A DNA stretch of 64,000 nucleotides, taken from the NCBI GenBank assembly GCA_965205975.1, contig OZ242195.1:1600001-1664000 (forward strand), written 5' to 3'. Below the pieces are notes generated by a model. It saw only the letters and a program-made list of their open reading frames with translations. It searched no databases and was not told the origin of the DNA. Numbering within the stretch: position 1 is the stretch's first letter; each line of letters opens with the position of its first letter. Shown here piece after piece: positions 18,801 through 26,890 of this stretch. This DNA is from Candidatus Latescibacterota bacterium (GTDB taxonomy: Bacteria; Latescibacterota; UBA2968). The position numbers and the translations under genes are program-made.

Positions 18801-20235
18801 CGAGGAGAGTGATGGCAATGTCCGCAACGTCGCTGTCCGGAGCGATGCGAATCCGCCAGACAAGATTCCGGTGGTTCGACCCGTACCGGTACGTCCGCTC
18901 CAACCGTCCGTTGACCACGGCAAGCGCGCCCGCCCGCCTTCCATCCCCCTTCAGGTTCAAGTAGCTGAAGAGCGAATCCGGTTCTTCGCTGAAGCTGAGC
19001 AGAAATTCGAATGCCGCCCCGTCGTGACTGGTCGGCACCCCGACAAACTCTGCCGTAAGCTCGGCCCCGTCGATCCGCCCTGTCGCTATCGCGTCCAGGA
19101 CTCGCGCGTTGGCGCTCGGGTTGCTCAGCGTCAGCCTGAATTCCTCAAAGTCCTCGTGAACATCGTCGTCGGAGATTGTCACGGTCACGGTTTTCGAGGT
19201 CTCGCCCGCGGCGAACGTCAGCGTCCCCGAAACGGCCGTGTAGTCGGATCCGGCGATGGCCGTCCAGTCGGAAGTCTCGTAGTCCACGGTGGCCGCATTC
19301 GGCAGCGCCCCGTCCATCGTCACGACGAAGGATGCGGTGTAGCCCTCGACAGCCATCGCGTCGGCTACGTACAGACCGCCGGGTCCCTGGGTGTCGGGCG
19401 CCACCTGGAAAACGGAGGAGAGGGCATAGACCCGGGTGGACAATGTGCCGTCGGCACCAGCGCCCCGGTCAACGCTGTACATGGGCATTCCGCCGGAGTT
19501 CAACTTTCCGCCGCCGACCCTTTCGCCCTCGGTCGTAATATTGCGAAACGGCCACTTGGGTTTGGAACGGCCGTCCGACGTGCTGCCGTTGAGTACGCCA
19601 AGTGCCTCGTCCGATCCCGATCCGCCCGCCTCGGTGGTCCAGGATTCGCTATCCCAGTACCCGTCGTACAGGTCCTCGTAGTCGTCCGCGACCCTGACGC
19701 CGCTGCCAAGCCAGTAGATGGGCTCGCCGGGGCCATCCGTGTTGGGGTTCGTACCGGTGTTGTCCCGCGCGGCTACCGCGGCCGTACTGGCCAGGACCCG
19801 GAAGAGTGAACTGTGCGATTGAATGGCCGCGTGGCCCGCCGCCGCGCGGGCCTGCACGAACGCGTTGTAGTCGTCGATGTCGTTGGAGTTGAGCTGGATC
19901 TCAGTGGAGGTCACGAACAACAGGCGGAACGTGTCTCCGGCCCCTACTTCGGGCGGAATCAGCGACCAGTCCGACGGAACCCTGGTCTGTGCCCAGGCTG
20001 GCACCCCCGACAGAAGCGCAGCAAGCGCGAGGAGCACGGCTACAGTCCAGCCCGCAGTGGTGGATCGCGCCCGACCGTGGCGGATCAACAATCCATGCCG
20101 GACCACATCGTCCACCTCGTTGTGAGTGTTCGGACAGGGCTCGAGACAGCTAACTCGCATGGAAGTGCCTTGCTTGTCAATCGGTGCTCCGCAATTCAAG
20201 GTAGCCGTTTGCTGGACTGAAGTTGTCATGCTCAT
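15190..20235 (-). CDS. Giant secreted protein: unassigned N-terminal domain, 2 Calx-beta, 1 Cx6C repeat, cadherin, 4 FN3, PKD/REJ-like, FlgD-Ig/T9SS-type CTD
   Basis: 1681-aa ORF; the start may be ATG 20229 (GAGGT, 6-nt spacing). Signal-like segment ending AWA after a long leader; Calx-beta motifs; cadherin (SVAENT...LDFEKA); PKD-like (PTADAGSDQTVQEGSEVTLSGTASDPDNDNLTYQWT); same CTD as 9268-15135. Confidence 0.88.
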   Translation of the reverse strand: MSMTTSVQQTATLNCGAPIDKQGTSMRVSCLEPCPNTHNEVDDVVRHGLLIRHGRARSTTAGWTVAVLLALAALLSGVPAWAQTRVPSDWSLIPPEVGAGDTFRLLFVTSTEIQLNSNDIDDYNAFVQARAAAGHAAIQSHSSLFRVLASTAAVAARDNTGTNPNTDGPGEPIYWLGSGVRVADDYEDLYDGYWDSESWTTEAGGSGSDEALGVLNGSTSDGRSKPKWPFRNITTEGERVGGGKLNSGGMPMYSVDRGAGADGTLSTRVYALSSVFQVAPDTQGPGGLYVADAMAVEGYTASFVVTMDGALPNAATVDYETSDWTAIAGSDYTAVSGTLTFAAGETSKTVTVTISDDDVHEDFEEFRLTLSNPSANARVLDAIATGRIDGAELTAEFVGVPTSHDGAAFEFLLSFSEEPDSLFSYLNLKGDGRRAGALAVVNGRLERTYRYGSNHRNLVWRIRIAPDSDVADIAITLLATTDCSAANAICTDNGRPLSVPVAATVPGPAPWLSVVDASEVEGANTTVDFAVTLNRTVAETVTVDYATSDGTATAGADYTATSGTLTFATGETGKTVSVPLLSDEVEEGAETFTLTLSNASGGRAYLSDTTATGTIADDDSTTPPVGVPQGDVLVSNLDRPLDWRPKIGKADGTSLNQRGAQVFTTGDSRDGYELTSVVLNFGFYEEIDGDNLEASLHLFGDASDPLGEKILDFENPTTYGKFLGDGGPVTFVPVDGTSEESRILQPNTDYVIQFALHTSGTERWFKIEATNSGAESGTDAWRIADDSHWKQTGWIEWSTRDYVMKMKILGARVERPLVFDAGLPVTLSVAENTPTDTKIGEPFTASRTDPNAALTYSLDGPGKDDFAIDSTTAQLRTKAVLDFEKASEHALSIIVRDGEDSAEHGLTITVSNQDEPPDSLAAPTLESRDRESLTVSWLAPANSGKPDILHYDLGYRLVGWPAGDPFRDGPQDVAETRAKISGLVEGAKYEVRVRATSSEGDGEWSAALLGTVLGTPPVAPYVTAVELVADESGDRAWTHGESIEARVTFSEPVSVKGSLTLWVTISGGPAVLALASGSGTATLVFGQEVADEEARHIRIAITENSLGSTGGKIVSRATGIVADLSHEGTEPTAEPEDDSDPPPSNTVVLEPEEPRGARDIGTITLTADTPGTIQASWEAPTEAPANYRITWAKQGEGYKTWTDNTGNAYPTEPSYTITGLEAGEEYKVKIRASYSGTSGGWSGEATITVTGSPSNEAPTADAGSDQTVQEGSEVTLSGTASDPDNDNLTYQWTHDQDDLDLSLDDPAALSATFTAPQVDSDATITFTLTATDEHGATDSDTVIVTVQNIPADPPQENTVVLEPPEQRGTRDIGRITLVSSQPGTIQASWEAPSEAPANYRIAWAKQGEGFKTWTDNTGNAYPTEPSYAITGLEAGEEYKVKIRASYSGTAGDWSGQATITVAESPANDPPQENTVVLEPEEPRGSRDIGTITLTAATPATIQASWEAPTEAPANYRITWAKQDEGYKTWTDNTGNAYPTEPSYAITGLEAGEEYKVKIRARYNGTAGDWSGQATITVVESQSSKPIVPSLTFGLEANYPNPFNPETHIAYRLSTSGAVELAIYNILGQRIRTLVQEVQSAGRYRVVWNGRNDNGAPVASGIYLYRLSSAQEVQVRRLLLLK

Positions 20236-20271
20236 ACCTCAACTTTTGAAGCTCTGGATTAAGATTATATA

Positions 20272-20287
20272 TGCAAAAAGCGTGCCA
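20272..20287 (-). promoter_or_regulatory. Sigma54 (-24/-12) promoter for the surface-protein cassette
   Basis: Minus strand TGGCAC-GCTTT-TTGCA is an exact match to the TGGCAC-N5-TTGCW consensus, 36 nt upstream of the ORF start at 20235. Confidence 0.88.
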
Positions 20288-20315
20288 CTGTGAATAGAAC
20301 CCAAAATTATACTCA

Positions 20316-20328
20316 CAACACATTGTTT
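20316..20328 (-). promoter_or_regulatory. Candidate IHF site
   Basis: Minus strand AAACAATGTGTTG is one mismatch from WATCAANNNNTTR. It sits in an AT-rich tract between the sigma54 promoter and the candidate enhancer sites. Confidence 0.45.
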
Positions 20329-20385
20329 TAAAAGAATATAGAACTGTAAATAAAAACAAAAAACCAGACTGAATTTTATACCAGG

Positions 20386-20504
20386 GGGCAAGTTATCGCC
20401 CCTGATATAATCAGCCTGGCTCATTTTCTACTTATTATTACAATATTTATGACTGTTGGGCGGCGATTCGCCCTTAAAAATGGCTATCGGGCTACTATTC
20501 GCCC
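20386..20504. promoter_or_regulatory. Three 16-bp palindromic candidate upstream activator sequences (GGGC-N6-TCGCCC)
   Basis: gggcaagttatcgccc (20386-20401), gggcggcgattcgccc (20458-20473) and gggctactattcgccc (20489-20504) lie ~100-220 bp upstream of the -24 box. The last two are 31 bp apart. Confidence 0.6.
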
Positions 20505-23500
20505 CTAAGAGCGTTTAATGCCCAGCTTTTTTATTTTGCTAAAAAGAGTAGAAGACGGTAATCCCAGCAGGGCCGCTGCACCCTGAGCGCCTTTTACCCG
20601 ATAGTTGGTCGCTTTGAGCACTTTGAGGATGTGACGGCGTTCGAGTTCATCCAAAGTCACAACTGCTCGGCTCTGATCTAACTCGTGAGCGAGATCTGCA
20701 ATCTGAGCCTTAGACAGTTCAAGGTCACTTACGCCAATTTGAGAATTGCGACACACAATTACGGCGTGGTTTATCGCATGCTCCAATTCCCGCACATTAC
20801 CCGGCCAATCGCAGGCTTGCAACACCTCAATAACCGCTATCGTCAAAGGAGCTATGTCCTTGCCCAGATGCGCTGCCATGCGGGCCTTGAAATACTCCGC
20901 CAACTCCGGGATGTCCTCCCTGCGCTCGCGAAGCGGCGGCAAAGACATCGGAAACGCGTGGAGGCGGTAATAGAGATCCTCCCGAAAATCACCTGTGCCG
21001 ACCATCTCCTCAAGATTGCGATTCGTCGCTGCCACAATCCGCGTCTTTGCCATCAGCGTCTCACTGCCCCCAACCCGCTCATAAGTGCCCTCTTCCAGCA
21101 AGCGCAACAGCCTGGCCTGTGTTGCCAGAGTCATATCGCCGATCTCATCGAGGAAGAGCGTGCCATCTTTGGCCAGTTCCACCTTGCCCAGCCTGCGAGA
21201 AACCGCACTGGTAAACGCCCCTCTCTCGTGACCAAACAGTTCACTGTCAATTAGTGTTTCAGGCAGTGCACCGCAGTTGACCTGTATAAAAGGCCCATCG
21301 CTATGGGCACTCTGTACGTGTAACACCCGTGCAGCCAGTCCCTTCCCCACACCTGTCTCGCCCATAATCAGCACCGTAATAGCAGTGGGTGCCACCTTCA
21401 GGAGTTTGTTTTGAAACTGATACAGAGCAGCGCTTTGTCCAATAAATCTATTGTCTCCCTGGCTATTGAGCGCCGTTTTCAGGCCTTCGATACGCGGATC
21501 TTCCTCTACCGAGATCTGCACCTGCACAATCTCCGAGTAATTGAGGTCGCGATCTATCGCCCGGACCTGAAAGGTGTAGTCTCCCGGCGGCAAGTCCCGG
21601 TAATGCGCCCGCGTCTTTCGGGTCGGTAGCTGCCAGTTGGGGTCGTGTCCTTTTAATCGGCAAACATACAGCATATCGCGGGAATGGGTGGAAAAACTCA
21701 GGCCCTTGTACTCTAAAATCACATTCTGATCTGCGGTAGATACGATAATTTCCTCCGGACTCTCATAGACCTGATTGGCAATCACCTGCAGCAGGCGAAT
21801 CCGGGGCGGCGTTTGTAGCGGACGGTAGCGTATGACATTACCCTGCATAGTGCCAAACCAAAAGGCGCCGTCGCGATCTTCGAATATCTGAGAAACCGGT
21901 CCTATATGCGGTGACTTGATGGCCTGAAAATGCTGTCCATTGTAGTGAACCACGCCCCTATCTGTGCCGAACCAGAGGTGGCCTTGCGAATCCTCGAATA
22001 GACAACGGATGTGGTTGCTCGGCAACCCGTCTTCTGTCGTGAAGGTGTGGAAAGTGCGACCATCAAAGCGGCACATACCGCTCAAAGTGGCGATCCACAG
22101 GTTGCCTGCGCGGTCTAAGAGCAGGTCAGTGACCTGGTTGTCTGTCAGCCCATCTTCAATGCCATAAAATTTGAGACCCTCTTCGGGATGCCAGCGCGCC
22201 AGACCCTTGTCGCCAACTGAGAAATTGTGGCAGACCAAATGAAAATAGATCTCGCCCTTGCGCCCGACAACCACAGTGCCAATGCGGTCTAAAAAACCTT
22301 CCTTTTTGTCCTTTAAAAAAATGGTTTGAAACTGCTCGCCCCGCTGGTAAATGATCTTTAATGGGCTGGGCGAAAGCACTTCTTTTTTTATAAATTCGGT
22401 TTTATAGGTGCTCTGTTCCCAATAGCCAAAAATGAATTGGCCTTCCTGGTCCTGCGCGATTGCACTAACACTTTTTTTGTCTAATTCTGCGATTGTTTCT
22501 ATTTTTTTAACCTTCTGCCCATCGTAGCGGAACACGCCATTGAGGCCGCCAAACCACAGATACCCTTCGCGGTCCTCGTACATAGAGAAACAGTTGTGGA
22601 TATCGAAGCCCTGCTCGGAGCCTAAAAATGCAAAGTGTTCGCCATCAAAACGGGCGATGTCGTTGCTCTGGGTGACCAGAATAGGGGAAACATACCCGAT
22701 CCATATATCACCTCGCCGGTCTTGCGCGATCTGCGAGACCTCGCTCGGCTCTTTGGAAAACGCCTTACCCAGGTCAAAAACGCTGATACTATGTGCATCG
22801 TAGAGCCCTAAACCGCCCCAGGTGGCAAACCAATACTGATGATTGCGATCCTGAAACACGGCTTTGACTGCGGGATGGGGCAAGCCATCGGCAAGGGGAA
22901 ACCTGTTGAATCCTTCTCCGTCCTGGTATAATACGCCCTCAGAAGTGCTGAACCACATCCGACCTGTACCGTCACACTGAATTTTACGTAATCTACCACC
23001 CAAATCTATTTGAACAGACTGGAAGGTCCCATCGGCATAGCACCGGAGTTCATCTCGATTTCCAAACCGACCGATCCACACTTTGCCGGTATGATCTTTA
23101 TCTACGATATAGGCGGTTCCATCTGGCGGAAAGCCATCTTTCTCCTCATAGCGGTGGAAGGATTCACCATCAAAGCGGATGAGGAAACTACAGCCAAACC
23201 ACAGATGACCTTGCGGATCCTGGGTAATACCCCAACACTTGGCCCACCTATCAGAAGGCGGCTGCTTGTATTGCTGAAGGTAGAGCGGAATCATGTCGTG
23301 GAAAGCAGTGCCATCGCAATACCCCAGAGTTCTCGGGCCACCGCACCATATACGCCCCTCACGGTCTTCGTAGATGGACTGCACGTCTCGGCCTGCAATG
23401 CCCTCGTCATTCAAATGGTGAAAATCTGTTCCATCGTACCAGCATACGCCATTTTCTGTACCGAACCACAACCGATTCTGACTGTCTTGTAAAACAAAAT

Positions 23501-23702
23501 AAGTACGATCGTGAATAAGACCGTCCTGTTTGGTAAAATTCTGGAACTCGTCCCCATCAAAGCGACAGGCACCGTTGTCCCATGTGGCGAACCAGATACA
23601 GCCCTCGCTATCTTCGGCGATGTGTTCAATGCGCGTCCCGGTCAGGCCATCGGCTATCGAATAAGTCCGATAGGTACCCGTGCGGTCAAGTGGTTTGATC
23701 AT
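20505..23702 (-). CDS. Sigma54-dependent enhancer-binding activator with beta-propeller and YYY domains (paralog 2)
   Basis: Same domain motifs as 554-3745. The C-terminal region from RYRPLQTPP onward differs from paralog 1 at about 11 residues by manual comparison. Confidence 0.93.
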   Translation of the reverse strand: MIKPLDRTGTYRTYSIADGLTGTRIEHIAEDSEGCIWFATWDNGACRFDGDEFQNFTKQDGLIHDRTYFVLQDSQNRLWFGTENGVCWYDGTDFHHLNDEGIAGRDVQSIYEDREGRIWCGGPRTLGYCDGTAFHDMIPLYLQQYKQPPSDRWAKCWGITQDPQGHLWFGCSFLIRFDGESFHRYEEKDGFPPDGTAYIVDKDHTGKVWIGRFGNRDELRCYADGTFQSVQIDLGGRLRKIQCDGTGRMWFSTSEGVLYQDGEGFNRFPLADGLPHPAVKAVFQDRNHQYWFATWGGLGLYDAHSISVFDLGKAFSKEPSEVSQIAQDRRGDIWIGYVSPILVTQSNDIARFDGEHFAFLGSEQGFDIHNCFSMYEDREGYLWFGGLNGVFRYDGQKVKKIETIAELDKKSVSAIAQDQEGQFIFGYWEQSTYKTEFIKKEVLSPSPLKIIYQRGEQFQTIFLKDKKEGFLDRIGTVVVGRKGEIYFHLVCHNFSVGDKGLARWHPEEGLKFYGIEDGLTDNQVTDLLLDRAGNLWIATLSGMCRFDGRTFHTFTTEDGLPSNHIRCLFEDSQGHLWFGTDRGVVHYNGQHFQAIKSPHIGPVSQIFEDRDGAFWFGTMQGNVIRYRPLQTPPRIRLLQVIANQVYESPEEIIVSTADQNVILEYKGLSFSTHSRDMLYVCRLKGHDPNWQLPTRKTRAHYRDLPPGDYTFQVRAIDRDLNYSEIVQVQISVEEDPRIEGLKTALNSQGDNRFIGQSAALYQFQNKLLKVAPTAITVLIMGETGVGKGLAARVLHVQSAHSDGPFIQVNCGALPETLIDSELFGHERGAFTSAVSRRLGKVELAKDGTLFLDEIGDMTLATQARLLRLLEEGTYERVGGSETLMAKTRIVAATNRNLEEMVGTGDFREDLYYRLHAFPMSLPPLRERREDIPELAEYFKARMAAHLGKDIAPLTIAVIEVLQACDWPGNVRELEHAINHAVIVCRNSQIGVSDLELSKAQIADLAHELDQSRAVVTLDELERRHILKVLKATNYRVKGAQGAAALLGLPSSTLFSKIKKLGIKRS

Positions 23703-23797
23703 AGGAAGAACCTTGTGATAGTGAGAATGGTTGAGGGATTTGTCGGTGTTGGCATTGGGGCGCTGACATAATCCGGCTTTATGTCATTGGCTCGGTC

Positions 23798-24391
23798 TTA
23801 TCCTTTATTAAATGTTATTACTTTTTTTGGTGTAGGGATAAAGATGTCAAAGTCTTCGGGTGGTCCGTAAGTAATACCGACCTGAGAAAGAGCAATGGTA
23901 AATTCCTGCGTCACATTTACTTTGGTAACGAACTCGACCCGAGCTAAAAACCCGGACGATGGTAGGCGCACCTTTGGTTGTTCATTTCTCACAGAAAGAA
24001 TACTTTCATTGGCAGATGCTATAAAAGCATTGAAGAAGACATTGTTCTCGATTTTGGAATACGTTAGAATATTTGAATCAAAATCAAACTTAATGTACGC
24101 GCCTAAGAAAGGTCTGTTCACGATGGCGAATACTTCAATGGCAATTTTCTTACCCTGTCCAGACACTTGCCCTGAAGTAACGCGATCATCTCTCTTGTTA
24201 CCTATCCCACCATCGATAATAAAATCAAGTGCTAAGGTGTCAGAAGGAGCAGTCTGTGCGACCTGTTCATCTCTTTCATTTGGCGTATCTGGCTCAACCG
24301 GCTGAGGCCCTGATATCTTGTTACCACCGCAAGACAACACCGATAAACAAAAGAGCAGAACGCAAGATAACCACAATCTATTGCTCAACAT
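23798..24391 (-). CDS. Lipoprotein with cohesin-like domain
   Basis: RBS GGGAGA; lipobox VLSC; beta-sandwich pattern (IAIEVFA...IKFDFDSNILTY...SGFLARVEFVT) resembling the protein at 1-514; AT-rich. Confidence 0.7.
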   Translation of the reverse strand: MLSNRLWLSCVLLFCLSVLSCGGNKISGPQPVEPDTPNERDEQVAQTAPSDTLALDFIIDGGIGNKRDDRVTSGQVSGQGKKIAIEVFAIVNRPFLGAYIKFDFDSNILTYSKIENNVFFNAFIASANESILSVRNEQPKVRLPSSGFLARVEFVTKVNVTQEFTIALSQVGITYGPPEDFDIFIPTPKKVITFNKG

Positions 24392-24439
24392 GTAAATCTC
24401 CCTTTTCTTGTCACAATATAAACTTGCCTTCCGTTATAC

Positions 24440-24455
24440 TGCAAAAAGTGTGCCA
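24440..24455 (-). promoter_or_regulatory. Sigma54 (-24/-12) promoter upstream of lipoprotein + activator 2
   Basis: Minus strand TGGCAC-ACTTT-TTGCA, exact consensus and one base different from the 20272-20287 promoter; 48 nt upstream of ATG 24391. Confidence 0.85.
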
Positions 24456-24457
24456 AC

Positions 24458-24692
24458 GGGTCAAGTCCAAAAAGTTCTGTAAAATAGTAGCTCCGTGAAA
24501 GTGGTGGTCAGAGATAACCAGTTGCACACCCTTTAACCCACGCTTTTTAAGGTCTTTAAACAAATCCCCATACGTGGCTTCTGTCTCGGTGTGTGCCACG
24601 TCAATGGCCAAAATGTCGCGGTGCCCACTCTCTGCGATCCCAGAAACGATTAAGACGGCCTCAGAAGCGACCTGTCCTCGACTACGGATGTG
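24458..24692 (-). mobile_element. IS256 (Mutator)-family remnant: internal transposase fragment plus probable right terminal end
   Basis: Fragment RSRGQVASEAVLIVSGIAESGHRDILAIDVAHTETEATYGDLFKDLKKRGLKGVQLVISDHH (24501-24692) matches the IS256 catalytic-core pattern. It jumps to TILQNFLDLT, i.e. ttttacagaactttttggacttgaccc, an IS256-like end (24458-24485). No left end was found. Confidence 0.75.
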
Positions 24693-24852
24693 GAGAAGGA
24701 ATAACAAAACAAGCCAAATACGAAAAATCGAAATAAAAGACACGCCTTCTACCCACCCCCACTTTCAGACTCGTCCAATTAAGTCTTCAAATGTTCGATA
24801 GCGATTGATCGATCAAATATATCATTGGAGGTGCCTGACAAAACTATGGAGG

Positions 24853-24921
24853 TGTCCCTATTGAGATAGACAATTGTAGGATAGTGTCTCTTTTGAGACT
24901 GACAATTGCAGGATTATGTCT
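24853..24921. repeat. Tandem 32-bp-period direct repeat containing GTCYC-N4-GAGAY palindromes; candidate activator sites
   Basis: TTGAGATAGACAATTGTAGGATAGTGTCT (24861) versus TTGAGACTGACAATTGCAGGATTATGTCT (24893); overlapping palindromes gtccctattgagat and gtctcttttgagac. Confidence 0.55.
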
Positions 24922-24950
24922 ATAACTGCGGAGGCATCCGTGAAAAATCC

Positions 24951-24985
24951 AAAAAAATAGGGCAGACCTTGTGTGGTCTGCCCTA
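24951..24985 (-). terminator. Rho-independent terminator after the ABC ATPase
   Basis: Stem tagggcagacc / ggtctgcccta, followed by a 7-T run on the minus strand. Confidence 0.8.
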
Positions 24986-25035
24986 CTATTGGGATTATTT
25001 TGCTTCAGATGAATCCAGAAATGCCTTAACGCTGT

Positions 25036-25815
25036 TTACTCAGCCGTTGGATCAAAGCCTTCAATACGCCCTTCCTGAATCTCTATCTCATCGCGGCGTC
25101 TCACCCGCTCAACCTGTCCATCGCGCAAATCGACCACGCGGTCAGATACCCCGAGCATCTTGTGGTCGTGGGTATTGGTCACAATGGTCACACCGCTTTC
25201 GCCCTGCATCTTGAGCAACAACTCAATAATTTCCTGCCCGGTCTTCAAATCGAGGTTACCAGTCGGCTCATCAGCCAAAATCAAATCGGGATCATTGGCC
25301 ATGGCTCTCGCAATAGCCACGCGCTGCTGCTGTCCGCCCGACAGTTCGTAGGGTTTGTGATGCAGGCGGTCGGAAAGCCCCACCAGCGACAATTTGTGTG
25401 CGGCTTTTTCTTCGTAATCACTGCGCGACATGCCCGAAAACACCATGGGCAAAGACACATTTTCAAGTGCCGACATAACGGGAATCAGGTTAAACGACTG
25501 GAAAATATACCCCACACTGTGGCAGCGCAAATAGGCAATTTGTCCCTGACTCATATCGCCCATATTGGCACCATTGACCAATACGGTACCCTTAGTGGGT
25601 GTATCCAATGCCCCGACCATGTTAAACATCGTGGTTTTGCCCGACCCCGAAGGCCCCATAATGGACAAATATTCACCGCGAATCACATCGAGATACACCC
25701 CGCGCAGGGCATGCACTTCCTGGTCGCCCATCCGATAGGTCTTCCAGACCCCCTGGACTTTGATAATATAATCTTCAGTATCAACCTGTTGTTCAGCAGC
25801 CGATTCCTGAGCCAT
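25036..25815 (-). CDS. ABC transporter ATP-binding protein (LolD/MacB-type)
   Basis: GPSGSGKT, IFQSFNLIP, ELSGGQQQRVAIARA, ILADEPTGNLD, THD. Confidence 0.93.
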   Translation of the reverse strand: MAQESAAEQQVDTEDYIIKVQGVWKTYRMGDQEVHALRGVYLDVIRGEYLSIMGPSGSGKTTMFNMVGALDTPTKGTVLVNGANMGDMSQGQIAYLRCHSVGYIFQSFNLIPVMSALENVSLPMVFSGMSRSDYEEKAAHKLSLVGLSDRLHHKPYELSGGQQQRVAIARAMANDPDLILADEPTGNLDLKTGQEIIELLLKMQGESGVTIVTNTHDHKMLGVSDRVVDLRDGQVERVRRRDEIEIQEGRIEGFDPTAE

Positions 25816-26005
25816 TGTGTTCTCCTCTTAAACAGTAATTCTACCATTGAACTCCCGTATGGTAGCGAAAACCCATGAGCCTGTCAAGCCATTTTAATCG
25901 CAATAAAATTCTGCGTGATTCCACAGGCGTCTTCTGCTATATTCTAAGCCGCATTGTGCTACTCACCAGTAGCGTCTCCAAAACCACGACAGAAAGGATC
26001 GCATC

Positions 26006-26830
26006 ATGAAACTCGCAGTGTGCAATGAATTTTTTGAAGATTGGAAAATCGAAGACGTCTTTAACTATGCAGCGGAAATCGGCTGTGACGGCGTGGAACT
26101 CGCGCCTTTTACACTCGCGGAAAGCGTCACGGAAATTTCTACCAAACAGCGCAGCGACATTCGCAAAGCCGCTGAAAAAGCCGGCGTCGAAATTGTTGGC
26201 CTGCACTGGCTACTCGCCAGTCCACCGGGGCTTTATCTCACGCATCCCGACAAAGCCATCCGCGACAAAACTGAAGATTATATTAAAGCATTGATCAATT
26301 TCTGTGGCGACCTGAGCGGGCCAATTATGATCCACGGTTCACCGGCACAGCGCAACATCCAAAAAGGTTGGGACCGAGAAGAATGCTGGAAATACGCTGT
26401 CGATATCTTTTCGAACTGCACCTCAGAAATGGAACAAAACAACGTTACCTATTGCATCGAAGCACTCACGGGCAAAGAAACTAATATTTTGAACTCCATC
26501 TCTGAAGCCCTCAAAATGGTTGCCGATGTCGGCCACCCAAATTTTCAGACCATGGTCGATACCAAAGCCGCAGCCGCTGAAAACAAATCCCATGTGGATG
26601 TGATCGCCGAAGCGGGCAAAGCTCTGCGCCATGTCCATGTCAACGACCCCAATTTGCGCGGTCCGGGATTTGGCGATCTGCAATTTGCATCTATTCTCCG
26701 CGCCCTCAAAGACCGCCACTACGATGGTTATATATCCGTAGAAGTCTTTGATTTCAAACCCGACCCACAAACCATTGCCGCGCGCAGCATCGGCTATCTC
26801 AAGGGTATTCTTGAAGGATTGGAAGGGTGA
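26006..26830 (+). CDS. Sugar phosphate isomerase/epimerase (xylose-isomerase-like TIM barrel, ketose 3-epimerase-like)
   Basis: GCDGVELAP, IEAL, MVDT, HVHVND...RGPGFGDL, YDGYISVEVF metal-binding motifs. Confidence 0.88.
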   Translation: MKLAVCNEFFEDWKIEDVFNYAAEIGCDGVELAPFTLAESVTEISTKQRSDIRKAAEKAGVEIVGLHWLLASPPGLYLTHPDKAIRDKTEDYIKALINFCGDLSGPIMIHGSPAQRNIQKGWDREECWKYAVDIFSNCTSEMEQNNVTYCIEALTGKETNILNSISEALKMVADVGHPNFQTMVDTKAAAAENKSHVDVIAEAGKALRHVHVNDPNLRGPGFGDLQFASILRALKDRHYDGYISVEVFDFKPDPQTIAARSIGYLKGILEGLEG

Positions 26831-26890
26831 TTCTCACCCGGCTGCGCGACCTGATTCCTCACGGGACGGGGTGTCTGTTGTTTAGCTTTA

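Noticed and set aside
3879..20220. Many long plus-strand and alternate-frame ORFs (e.g. 4710-6029, 6291-7586, 7749-9212, 16858-17754)
   Set aside because: Shadow ORFs of GC-rich genes: low-complexity R/P/S translations with no recognisable motifs.
3903..20235. Integron cassette array
   Set aside because: No integrase and no attC-like sites recognised; intergenic gaps are short and explained by RBS and shared post-stop sequence.
24411..24743. 110-aa ORF as an intact gene
   Set aside because: It is a chimera of flanking DNA, an IS256 fragment, the IS end and the sigma54 promoter.
24826..24921. Short direct repeats as a mini-CRISPR
   Set aside because: Only two imperfect copies, no spacers of suitable length, no cas genes.
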